Assembly: GCA_937991645.1 (NCBI GenBank)
Contig: CALKPL010000038.1
Coordinates: forward strand, 93,648-157,647
Source: an uncultured Clostridia bacterium
GTDB lineage: Bacteria; Bacillota; Clostridia; Oscillospirales; UMGS1783
Direction: 5' to 3'
Length of the DNA: 64,000 nt
Made by a program: the position numbers and the translations under genes. Positions 36,657-44,665 of the stretch are shown here, piece by piece. How positions within the stretch are numbered: position 1 is the stretch's first letter; each line of letters starts with the position of its first letter. The notes under the pieces were generated by a model. It was not told the origin of the DNA. It did no database searches and saw only the letters and a program-made list of their open reading frames with translations.

Positions 36657-38936
36657 TTATCCCTCCCATGCACGGACGGACGCCATGGCCTGTTGATACA
36701 AAGCGACAACCGCATCTTTGTTGGAGCTGTTGAACATGCAGCTAACAGCGTAACACTTGCCGTCGATCATGGCGGAGGCAACACTGAACGTAAATTCATT
36801 CATGGTCCAATCCATGCACAGCCATTCCACACCGCCCGACTGCGACGTGTATGTTTCACCTACGGAAACGCCTGCGCTAGACGCCACGTCTCTCTGAAAC
36901 TGCAAGACCTCCTCCGGGCTGCTCATTCCCAGCTGGCCGGCATTCCCTATTTCCACAATCCCGCTGTCCGGCGTAGCGCTCCCAAAGCCGGCTTCCATTG
37001 CCGCGTCCGTTGGGTAAATAACCAATTCGGCCGCCGCTCCGGCCTCTCCCAGGTTAACAGTCGTGTCCATCACGCGTCCTGCTGCCACGGCATCGTCCAC
37101 AATCACCTTGACGCCGCTCTTAGAGCCATAGTACATCTTGTACGTTGTCTCCGGCGCACCGTTGCTCTCAAAGGACTGGATGATGGAATGGATTTCCGCT
37201 TCGGCGGCTTTGTCCCCCTTGGGATAGCTCGTGATGATGAAATAACAGCCGAAATCATACCCCTCCACCGCCATAATGACCACTTCGTTGGAGACGCCTT
37301 CGCTGTCGGTGCCTTCAAGATAGATTTGATAGGCGCCTGCGCTTCCCACCTGATCGGGTCCGGCAGCAAGGATCTGATAATCCGAAACTTCAAACAGGTT
37401 CTGCATCAGGTTGGCGGCAATAGCTTCTCTCTGGGATTCCACATCGGCAAGGGAGTAGATGGGTCCGTCAATGTTCCAAAGATAATCCATCATCATACCG
37501 CAGCCTTTAGCCTCATTGATAAAAATCGTCTCCTCCTCAACCCTCGTATAATCCGACGGGATCTCAATCGTAGCGTTGAGGATGCCAAGATCCTGCGCCA
37601 CCATTTCCGCTGGAGGTTCTGTAGTAGGCTCTGGGTCTGTTGTCGGTTCCGGATTACTCGTCTGCGGTTGGCTGATGACAGGCGTATTCCCACCGCCGCC
37701 CCCTCCTGTCGGCCTTTTTTCCCCTCCGCCGGAAAGCGCGATAGGAAGGATAATACAAAGGGCGATCACCGCCAGCAGCCCACCGCCGGAAACCCAGGCA
37801 ACCACCGGATTGGCTTTCATATAGGAAAGGAACCGGGAGAACGCAGAGGGCTTTCCTGCCGCAGCACCCCCGCCGTTATAGGCGGGCTGCTGATAGGCAG
37901 TCTGCCCGTAGCCTTCCTGCCTGTAAGCGGTAGCCTGGGTGCGCTGGCTAATGCTGGCCGCCACCTGATCCTGTACGGAAACGCGCCCGTTCAGTGCCCC
38001 GATGAATGCCTCCATATTGGGGAAACGATCCTCGGTTTTTACCGCCAACGCTTTCATGATGGCGTTTTCCACATTAGCCGGAATACGGAACCCCAGCTCC
38101 GACGGCCTTTTCATGGTATCCCCATGGATCCGTTCCACCGAATCTGGCGGAAGCTGCCCGGTAATGCAGCGGTACAGGGTAGCGCCCATGGCGTAAACAT
38201 CCGTCCACGGTCCCTGATTGCCGTGGCTGGAATACTGTTCCTCCGGCGCGTAGCCATGTTTTAAGATGACCGACACGCTCTTGCCGTCCCCCAGTGCGAA
38301 CCGCGCCGCGCCGAAATCCAGCAGACGGCTTTCGCCTTTGGATGTGATATAGATATTGTCCGGGCTGATGTCCCGGTGCAGGAGGTTCAGCGCATGCACC
38401 TGAACCAGCGCTTCCATGATCGGCTGCAGAATGGCAATCGCCTGGTTATAGGGGATCTTATCCCCGTTTTTTGCCAGGTAGGCTTTCAGGCTCATACCGT
38501 CTATGTACTCCATCACAAAGTATGCGGTGCCGTTCTCTTTGAAATAGTTCTGCACCGATACGATATGCGGGGTGTTTTGCAGCTTGGCAAGGATCTTCGC
38601 TTCATCCAAAAAGCGCTCCATACCGTACTGGTAATCCTCCTCCACCCGTCCGGTCAGCGCCACACTATAGTGGTCCGGATGCCTTGTGGCCAGGGCGGAG
38701 GGCATATATTCTTTAATCGCAACCTTGATCTCCAGTGTCAGGTCGTATCCCAGATAGGTGATACCGAACCCGCCAATGCCAAGCACCTTTCCTACCAGAT
38801 ATCTCCCGTTTAGGATCGTACCCAGGGGCAGCGCAAGATAGGGCTGCTCGTCGTTCTCATTAAATCCGCATCGGGGGCATGGAATCCCCGGTTCTTTTTC
38901 CGCGAAACAGCCATAACAAACACGTTCCGGATTCAT
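36657..38936 (-). CDS. Transmembrane Ser/Thr protein kinase with N-terminal zinc ribbon (paralogue 1)
   Basis: VCYGCF..PCPRCGF, then GIGGFGITY, VAIKE, HRDISPDNI, DFGAARF and APEE. TM segment, then a Pro/Thr linker (NPEPTTDPEPTTEPP), then an extracellular domain. Confidence 0.9.
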   Translation of the reverse strand: MNPERVCYGCFAEKEPGIPCPRCGFNENDEQPYLALPLGTILNGRYLVGKVLGIGGFGITYLGYDLTLEIKVAIKEYMPSALATRHPDHYSVALTGRVEEDYQYGMERFLDEAKILAKLQNTPHIVSVQNYFKENGTAYFVMEYIDGMSLKAYLAKNGDKIPYNQAIAILQPIMEALVQVHALNLLHRDISPDNIYITSKGESRLLDFGAARFALGDGKSVSVILKHGYAPEEQYSSHGNQGPWTDVYAMGATLYRCITGQLPPDSVERIHGDTMKRPSELGFRIPANVENAIMKALAVKTEDRFPNMEAFIGALNGRVSVQDQVAASISQRTQATAYRQEGYGQTAYQQPAYNGGGAAAGKPSAFSRFLSYMKANPVVAWVSGGGLLAVIALCIILPIALSGGGEKRPTGGGGGGNTPVISQPQTSNPEPTTDPEPTTEPPAEMVAQDLGILNATIEIPSDYTRVEEETIFINEAKGCGMMMDYLWNIDGPIYSLADVESQREAIAANLMQNLFEVSDYQILAAGPDQVGSAGAYQIYLEGTDSEGVSNEVVIMAVEGYDFGCYFIITSYPKGDKAAEAEIHSIIQSFESNGAPETTYKMYYGSKSGVKVIVDDAVAAGRVMDTTVNLGEAGAAAELVIYPTDAAMEAGFGSATPDSGIVEIGNAGQLGMSSPEEVLQFQRDVASSAGVSVGETYTSQSGGVEWLCMDWTMNEFTFSVASAMIDGKCYAVSCMFNSSNKDAVVALYQQAMASVRAWEG

Positions 38937-39000
38937 TCTCCCACCTCCTCAAGCAATGTATTTTAAGTATAAAACGATGTATTTTGATAGCAAAATACAG

Positions 39001-39522
39001 TCACTCCTTCCGATTTTTGGACCAGGCATCGTAACACAGATCACCCAGCAGGAGCAATCCCAGCGCCACCAGGAACCCGATCCACCCGCCCCAGCCCACT
39101 AAAGGAAAAAGTGCAAAGGCAATTCCAAACGCAGACAAGATAAGGGCATTGATTACACGTTCCCTATTCTCAGAGGGGCAGGAAAAGTGCCGGGGATTCT
39201 TTTCATCCACAAAGAGCACCTCATAACTACCGACTTTGATTTCGTCCTTTTTGGAATACTTTACCCGGGATACTACCCGATACTCCCGTCCATCCAATGT
39301 GTACTGGTAGACCGGATGGTATTCATAGTTGATAATGGAAAAATCGGTGAAATCGTCGTCTGTCCAGCTGACGTCCACATCGCAGATGACGGCGTTCACT
39401 CTTCTCCGGCAGCGACGCTTTGACCGTACAGTCCGACAGAATGCCAAAATGATTCCGAAGAGAAACAAACATACTCCAAGGGCAAAGAACAAAATATCCC
39501 CCATCGCGTCCGTTGCATTCAT
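39001..39522 (-). CDS. DUF3592-like membrane protein (copy a)
   Basis: TM - core (..YEYHPVYQYTLDGREYRV..VGSYEVLFVDEKNPRHF) - 2 TM. ATGA overlap with the upstream ORF. Confidence 0.75.
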   Translation of the reverse strand: MNATDAMGDILFFALGVCLFLFGIILAFCRTVRSKRRCRRRVNAVICDVDVSWTDDDFTDFSIINYEYHPVYQYTLDGREYRVVSRVKYSKKDEIKVGSYEVLFVDEKNPRHFSCPSENRERVINALILSAFGIAFALFPLVGWGGWIGFLVALGLLLLGDLCYDAWSKNRKE

Positions 39523-39845
39523 GCTCCAAACGATTTTATCTCAGCTATGACAAAGAGTTCCTCCGATACCTGCCGCACCCGGTCGACATGCCGCAAGAGC
39601 AGCGCCTCCAGCCATTTTTCTGCATTGGCCGCTTTTAGAAATTCAATCTGTACTTCCAGGGGTTCAATGTAGAACTCACCTGCATACGCCAGCGCCCCTT
39701 CACCTTCCGACAGCGCCGGGAACTCGTGGAGTTCTTTCATTTCACCGTCTGCAGTCAGGTGGAAGACAGCCGCCAGTTCCCGGCCGGCGGCGTCCTCTCC
39801 CCACGCTTCCTGGATTCTTCCGTTTTTTAAACAATACCCTGCCAT
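39519..39845 (-). CDS. Hypothetical protein (108 aa)
   Basis: ORF wedged between the protease-FHA gene and the DUF3592-like gene. No motif recognised. Confidence 0.6.
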   Translation of the reverse strand: MAGYCLKNGRIQEAWGEDAAGRELAAVFHLTADGEMKELHEFPALSEGEGALAYAGEFYIEPLEVQIEFLKAANAEKWLEALLLRHVDRVRQVSEELFVIAEIKSFGA

Positions 39846-39851
39846 AACGGG

Positions 39852-41171
39852 TTACTCCTTGCTCACCACAAACCGGTTGGCGTTGTCGCACAGGTAGAAG
39901 GTGTCCCCGGTCGACAATTTTTCCGCCACATTCGCCGTCAGCTTTTTGCCGTTGCCCAGGAACGTGCCGTAGGACGATCCCAGATCGGTGATGATAAAGC
40001 AGTCTTCATTCGGGTCGTAGACTACCTGGCAGTGCCGCCCGCTGATACCCGGCGTGTTTTTATCGAATACGATGTTACAGGTTGCCGGGTCTCGGCCGAT
40101 GACCACCTTGCCCTTTAACAGGTCAAAGCTCTGGCCAGAGTATTTTCCTGTCACGCCGCGCAGCACAGCCCGTTTTTCCACAGGGCCGCGGCCGCCTCTT
40201 GCAGGCGCTTTTCCGGTTCCCGCGCCCGCCGCGGCAGGTGCCGGAGCCCCCTGTACGCCCTTCTGGGACGTTACCAGCAGGATGATGCCGCCGATGAGCG
40301 CCAGCACGCCGATGGGCAGGAACACATAGGCAAACCAGGGCTGGGTCCAGGAGAGTCCGCCGCCTGCCATGGTGTATTCGATCTGCTCCCCGTCCAGGAT
40401 CTTGGTCAATTCGTCTATGACAATTGCGTAGTTCATGCCCAGGGGCACGCCGGTCTGGGGATCCGTTGCGGCGGAGGTGTTGATGCCGATGACACGGCCC
40501 CTCTCATCCACCAGGGGGCCGCCGGAGTTGCCGCCGGCAATGGACACATCCATCTGGAAGGCCTCGTGGGTGGCCCAGGCGGGGATCACCTGGTTGCTGA
40601 TGATGCCCCGGGTGATAGTCACGTCGTCCATGCCGAAGGTGGGGAAGGTCTGGCGGTTGGAGGAATCCCCGGGGAAGCCCAGGGCATAGGCCGTCATGCC
40701 CATCTCCACCGTGTCAGAGTCCCGCAGGGTGAGGGCCACCCGTTTGTCGGTGGGAGAGGGGATCTTGACGATGGCGATGTCCTTCTCCGTCCCGGGGGAG
40801 TAGTACACCACCTGGGCCTGGACGTAGTCGTTTTCCGCCTCGGAGTAAAAGACCTGCACCTTGCCGAAGATCTGGCCGGGGTAGAGCTTGGGATACTCAT
40901 AGGCCTCTGCCACCACATGACCGTTGGTGACAAAGTACTCCACCGGCTCTCCCGGCTTGCCAATGGCCCAACCGGTGCCCCAGCCGTACTGGGAGTTGCC
41001 CTGGGTGTCGGAGATGGTGCCCCGCACCATGACGATGCCGTTGCGCACCTCATAGGGATCCATACCGCCCCCGCCTACCAGGCCCAATACGCCGAACACG
41101 CCGGCGGCCAGGCCAATAACCAGCAGCAGGATGGCAACAACCTGCTTACCCGATGACTTTTTCGCTTCCAT
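39852..41171 (-). CDS. Trypsin-like serine protease - TM - FHA fusion protein
   Basis: N-terminal TM segment. Catalytic-triad contexts TNGHVV, DIAIVKI and GGNSGGPLVD. Second TM segment WFAYVFLPIGVLALIGGIILLV. C-terminal FHA (VIGRDPATCNIVFDKNTPGISGRHCQVVY..LGSSYGTFL). Confidence 0.85.
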   Translation of the reverse strand: MEAKKSSGKQVVAILLLVIGLAAGVFGVLGLVGGGGMDPYEVRNGIVMVRGTISDTQGNSQYGWGTGWAIGKPGEPVEYFVTNGHVVAEAYEYPKLYPGQIFGKVQVFYSEAENDYVQAQVVYYSPGTEKDIAIVKIPSPTDKRVALTLRDSDTVEMGMTAYALGFPGDSSNRQTFPTFGMDDVTITRGIISNQVIPAWATHEAFQMDVSIAGGNSGGPLVDERGRVIGINTSAATDPQTGVPLGMNYAIVIDELTKILDGEQIEYTMAGGGLSWTQPWFAYVFLPIGVLALIGGIILLVTSQKGVQGAPAPAAAGAGTGKAPARGGRGPVEKRAVLRGVTGKYSGQSFDLLKGKVVIGRDPATCNIVFDKNTPGISGRHCQVVYDPNEDCFIITDLGSSYGTFLGNGKKLTANVAEKLSTGDTFYLCDNANRFVVSKE

Positions 41172-42102
41172 TATGATTCCTCCTTATTTTCCCATGGTAT
41201 TTCAATGCGATGGCCGTATAGTTATCCTGGCCCGGCTTTCCGGCTGCCAGGATTTCCTCCTCCAGCTTGTCGCAGCACGCCTGGGAAGAGAGCGCCATGG
41301 CTTCCCGAATCTGCTTCAGGGTCAGTGTATCGCTGACGCCGTCCGAGCAGAGCAGCAGCGCGTCCTCCGGCTGGAGAAGAAAGGGCATACGGGTATAGTC
41401 GCATGTTACTTCTTCTTTTCCTATGTACTCCGAAAGGGCTCCCGCCTGAGGATCTTGAAACGCTTCCTCCACGGGGAACGCCCCGTCCAGCGCCCTCAAA
41501 ATCAAATCGTTCTTAAATTCCTGCCGGGCATTTAACCCATAGAGTTTGTTTTCCCTGAGCAGGAACAGATCGCTGTCGCCTACGCACCAGAAGGAGAGGC
41601 GATTCTCTTTGAGCAGGGCCGCCACCAGGGTAGTCCCCCCGTGCCCGCGAAACTGCTGGTAGACTCTGGCGCTTCGCTGGTATACCCAGCCGGGCACATC
41701 GCTGTCATCTGCCCAAGGAAAGATCCCCACCAACTGGGAGGCAGTTTCCGCAGCGATCATGCCGCCCTCCGCCATACCGCCCATGCCGTCGCACAGCACA
41801 GCGAGCAGCCCGTCTTCCTCATAACGATCCATGCGGGAGATGCCGAAAGCGTCCTGCTGTTCTTCCCGGCTGCCAACGCCCTGTAGGTTGGCAAGCTCCA
41901 GTTCCGGCAGCGGTTCCGGACGTTCCGTAATCGGTTCTTCCACCGCCTGATCCCCCCGCTTCTTTTTCTTCTTCCGCCGTATCAGGAAAAAGGCGAGAAT
42001 CAGCGCCAATAGAAGCGCTGCGCCCGCCGCAACCGCCATCCAGACGCGGATGACGGTATCCGGAAACAGCGGCTGGTTTAACCATGAAAGTACACGCTCC
42101 AT
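41146..42102 (-). CDS. Membrane-anchored PP2C-family Ser/Thr phosphatase
   Basis: N-terminal TM segment. LAVLCDGMGGMAEGG, GGTTLVAALL and LLLCSDGVSD motifs. Confidence 0.85.
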   Translation of the reverse strand: MERVLSWLNQPLFPDTVIRVWMAVAAGAALLLALILAFFLIRRKKKKKRGDQAVEEPITERPEPLPELELANLQGVGSREEQQDAFGISRMDRYEEDGLLAVLCDGMGGMAEGGMIAAETASQLVGIFPWADDSDVPGWVYQRSARVYQQFRGHGGTTLVAALLKENRLSFWCVGDSDLFLLRENKLYGLNARQEFKNDLILRALDGAFPVEEAFQDPQAGALSEYIGKEEVTCDYTRMPFLLQPEDALLLCSDGVSDTLTLKQIREAMALSSQACCDKLEEEILAAGKPGQDNYTAIALKYHGKIRRNHNGSEKVIG

Positions 42103-42105
42103 CCT

Positions 42106-42645
42106 TTACTCCTCATTCCACTGGAATTGCTCGCCGCACAGGGGCAGGAAGAGAAGCTGGCTCTTTCCCACCTCGATCACATCGTAGGCTTTTAAGGGGC
42201 GTACCATTTCCACCTGCTCGTCGTTGCAGTAAGTGATGCCCCTGCCCTGGCCGGGAGAAAGGGAAAAGCTGTTATGCTTGGCGTCATATGTAACCAATGC
42301 ATGGCTTTCTCTGGATACAGTATCGTCATCCGCCAGGGCCACGTCCATCGCCGCCGCCCTTCCTATGAAGTTTCTGCCTGCTACCAGCTTATAATCTGCG
42401 CCGCGATGGGGACCGGAAACACAGACCAAGAATCCTACTGCAGGATCAATACCGATCTTCTTTTTAATAATGCCCACCGTCTTGCCTCTGTCTGCTTCCG
42501 GCGCAGCGCCGCCCGGCACAGCAGCCACGGTCTTCCCTACCGTTCCGGCCGCAACCGTCTTGCCGACCCCGGCGCCCTCCTGGCAGTAGGGGCAGCTATC
42601 GAATCTGGATTCATCGTAAAAATGGCCATTGTCACACTGTCTCAT
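42106..42645 (-). CDS. Zinc-ribbon + FHA domain protein
   Basis: MRQCDNGHFYDESRFDSCPYCQ, then FHA (FIGRAAAMDVALADDDTVSRESHALVTY..). AGGAGGA RBS. Confidence 0.85.
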   Translation of the reverse strand: MRQCDNGHFYDESRFDSCPYCQEGAGVGKTVAAGTVGKTVAAVPGGAAPEADRGKTVGIIKKKIGIDPAVGFLVCVSGPHRGADYKLVAGRNFIGRAAAMDVALADDDTVSRESHALVTYDAKHNSFSLSPGQGRGITYCNDEQVEMVRPLKAYDVIEVGKSQLLFLPLCGEQFQWNEE

Positions 42646-42737
42646 AATTGTTTTCCTCCTGATAAAGAAATCTTAAGGATTATCCAAAACCATCCCTGGT
42701 TTTTTGCTGTTCTTACTGTAGCGCCTTTTTCGGGATT

Positions 42738-42794
42738 TGTGCAGGTCGCTTTAGCGCCAATTTCCCAAAAATTATGTGGCGCACCTGCGCCAAT
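42738..42794 (+). repeat. Conserved intergenic element, copy A (contains palindrome TGGCGCACCTGCGCCA)
   Basis: tgtgcaggtcgctttagcgccaa-N17-tggcgcacctgcgccaat. Lies between the lipoprotein stop (42830) and the FHA gene start (42645). Confidence 0.7.
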
Positions 42795-42829
42795 CCGCAT
42801 TTTTCGCAGAAATCATGGGGAAATACCGC

Positions 42830-43339
42830 TTATCTCATCAGATCCTGATAGTCTGGGTCTGCCGCCCGAATCCCCCACACCAGTTCCCAAAGCTTTTCAT
42901 CTTCGGAAAGGACATAGCACCTGCCATCCACCCCTTCGAACCGGCGTTTATCAAACCAGAAACTGTAGGTATCCCCTTGCGCCGTCACAAATGTAAGCCC
43001 CCGGTTATCTGTAGAGACGATGGGTGACTCGGATTCCACCGACACATCCCGCAGCGCCTGCAAGACCCCGGCGATCACCGTTTCGTCCCTTGTCTCGTAG
43101 TCCGCCGCCGTCTCCGTCCAATGGTGAAAGATCAGTTCCACCGGCAGTTCCTCATGGGGCAGCTCCAAAAGCTCCCGCTGCCTTTCGGTACAGTAAGCAA
43201 AAAGGGAGTCCCCTTGGTATGCCGGGGACGAAGTCTCTGTCGGGGTCGGAGTCTCTGCCGGAAGCGCAGGATCTGATGCTGCACACCCCGCCAGCAAACA
43301 GATGGCTGCCAGAAGTGCCGCTGCCCCTCTTTTTTTCAT
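42830..43339 (-). CDS. Lipoprotein, unknown function (paralogue of 46125-46574)
   Basis: Lipobox LLAGC. Aligns along its length with the other copy (YCTE.Q.E.L...EELPV.L..HH....YET.DE.I...LQALR....FWFD..RF.G..G..YVLS.DE..W.L). Confidence 0.8.
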   Translation of the reverse strand: MKKRGAAALLAAICLLAGCAASDPALPAETPTPTETSSPAYQGDSLFAYCTERQRELLELPHEELPVELIFHHWTETAADYETRDETVIAGVLQALRDVSVESESPIVSTDNRGLTFVTAQGDTYSFWFDKRRFEGVDGRCYVLSEDEKLWELVWGIRAADPDYQDLMR

Positions 43340-43462
43340 TCGTGCCTCCTTTCTTCTGTCCTGGTCTCATGAATCGCTTTGCTGCTCGGCCTGTAACGCC
43401 AAAGGCGATCCAAACTCTTTTTTGTCCTTTTATGGTTTTACTGTATCGTTTTTTTAAGGATC

Positions 43463-43519
43463 TGTGCAGGCCGCTTTCGCGCCAATTTATCAAAAAACGC
43501 ATGGCGCACCTGCGCCAAT
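43463..43519 (+). repeat. Conserved intergenic element, copy B
   Basis: tgtgcaggccgctttcgcgccaa-N18-tggcgcacctgcgccaat. Upstream of the lipoprotein gene start (43339). Confidence 0.7.
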
Positions 43520-43673
43520 CTATTTTTTGTGTGAAAATTCAAAAACACCTTGATTGTGCAAAAGGGATTGCCGATCATGACAGCGGCCTGTTACATCCTG
43601 TAAACTTAAGAAGTGTTACACTCTATACAGGGTGGATGGCCTCAATTTTCCGGCTCCAAAGCTTCGTTTCTCA

Positions 43674-43727
43674 AAATGGCGCAGGTGCGCCACAGTGTTT
43701 TTTTAGTTTGGCGCTAAAGCGGCCTAT
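43674..43727 (-). repeat. Conserved intergenic element, copy C (inverted)
   Basis: The reverse complement reads gataggccgctttagcgccaa-N17-tggcgcacctgcgccatt. Upstream of the plus-strand membrane-protein gene. Confidence 0.7.
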
Positions 43728-43858
43728 CAAAAACACCGGCTTCCTGCTATGATAAAAAACGAAAAGTTCGCATGATGGAAGGTCGGCCAAGACACAGAAT
43801 GTCCAAAAAGCTTCAGCTGGCCTTTTCGGAACGCAGGATCAGAAAGGGGATATATCGT

Positions 43859-44374
43859 ATGTATGCAAGGTTAAGGCCGTACCATCTCATTGGCGCCATC
43901 GGGGGGTTCCTCACTGTTCTCACCGCTATTATCAGCTTGGCAGTTTCCACATCGTACTACATAAGCGCGGAATGGGTCATTATTGTAAACATGCTGCTCA
44001 TTGGCTCCAACGGGTTAATCGCAACTTATTTCTTTGGCGCGTTCAGCGCTTCCCGTGACAGCCTCATCAAAGTAGGCAGCCTGATCGCGGGGATAGGTCT
44101 TGGTTTTAATGTCCTGATCTCAATTCTCCAGATGGCGGGGGTGTACGTTTTTGTTCTGGCTCTTCTTGGGGCTCTCGTTATGATGGCAGGGGTTGTGATC
44201 GCCTGTATCAAATTCATCATGCTCTTCCAGAGAGACGCTTTTGTCGTGGTGCTCTGCGTGTTTATTTTCCTGGGGCTTCTGCTGTCTTTATTCTGGACGT
44301 GGGCAAGCCTGATAAGCGGCGCTGGGCTGGGTGGCCTGCTGATTTATTTTTACGTCCACAATATCACCTACTAG
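43859..44374 (+). CDS. Small polytopic membrane protein
   Basis: Four or five hydrophobic segments. AAGGGG lies 8 nt before the ATG at 43859; the ORF track starts at 43772 without an RBS. Confidence 0.6.
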   Translation: MYARLRPYHLIGAIGGFLTVLTAIISLAVSTSYYISAEWVIIVNMLLIGSNGLIATYFFGAFSASRDSLIKVGSLIAGIGLGFNVLISILQMAGVYVFVLALLGALVMMAGVVIACIKFIMLFQRDAFVVVLCVFIFLGLLLSLFWTWASLISGAGLGGLLIYFYVHNITY

Positions 44375-44599
44375 ACAGCTTCTCTCATTCAGGATATTTC
44401 CTTGTTTACCGCGGCTGCACCGTGTGGCTGCGGTAAAACGGCATGTGCGGGCGCAAAAAACCGGTAGTTCCCGGATGCGGAACGCAGCTCCAAAAATATA
44501 CGGTTTTATCCAGGAGAATCCCTGGTTTAGGTCAAACAGGAAGGATTGTATATTCCGCAAAAACGTCAGCGAAAAAAAGTCTCTAACCGACCGAAATCG

Positions 44600-44628
44600 T
44601 TGAAAATCCATGCCGTTTATAGTATAAT
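44600..44628 (+). promoter_or_regulatory. Sigma-70/SigA-type promoter
   Basis: TTGAAA - 17 nt - TATAAT, 38 nt upstream of the ATG at 44666. Confidence 0.55.
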
Positions 44629-44665
44629 AGTCTATAACTGTACCATTGCGGAGAAAGGGGGTGGA

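Noticed and set aside
36693-38264. Long antisense ORFs in the GC-rich block (e.g. 36693-38264, 34312-35043, 40566-41156, 53552-54676, 60628-61368, 62532-63521, 31736-32533)
   Set aside because: They are typical stop-poor antisense frames of GC-rich genes. The opposite strand carries unambiguous catalytic motifs (kinase HRD/DFG, protease triad, CotH, HD, OTCase).
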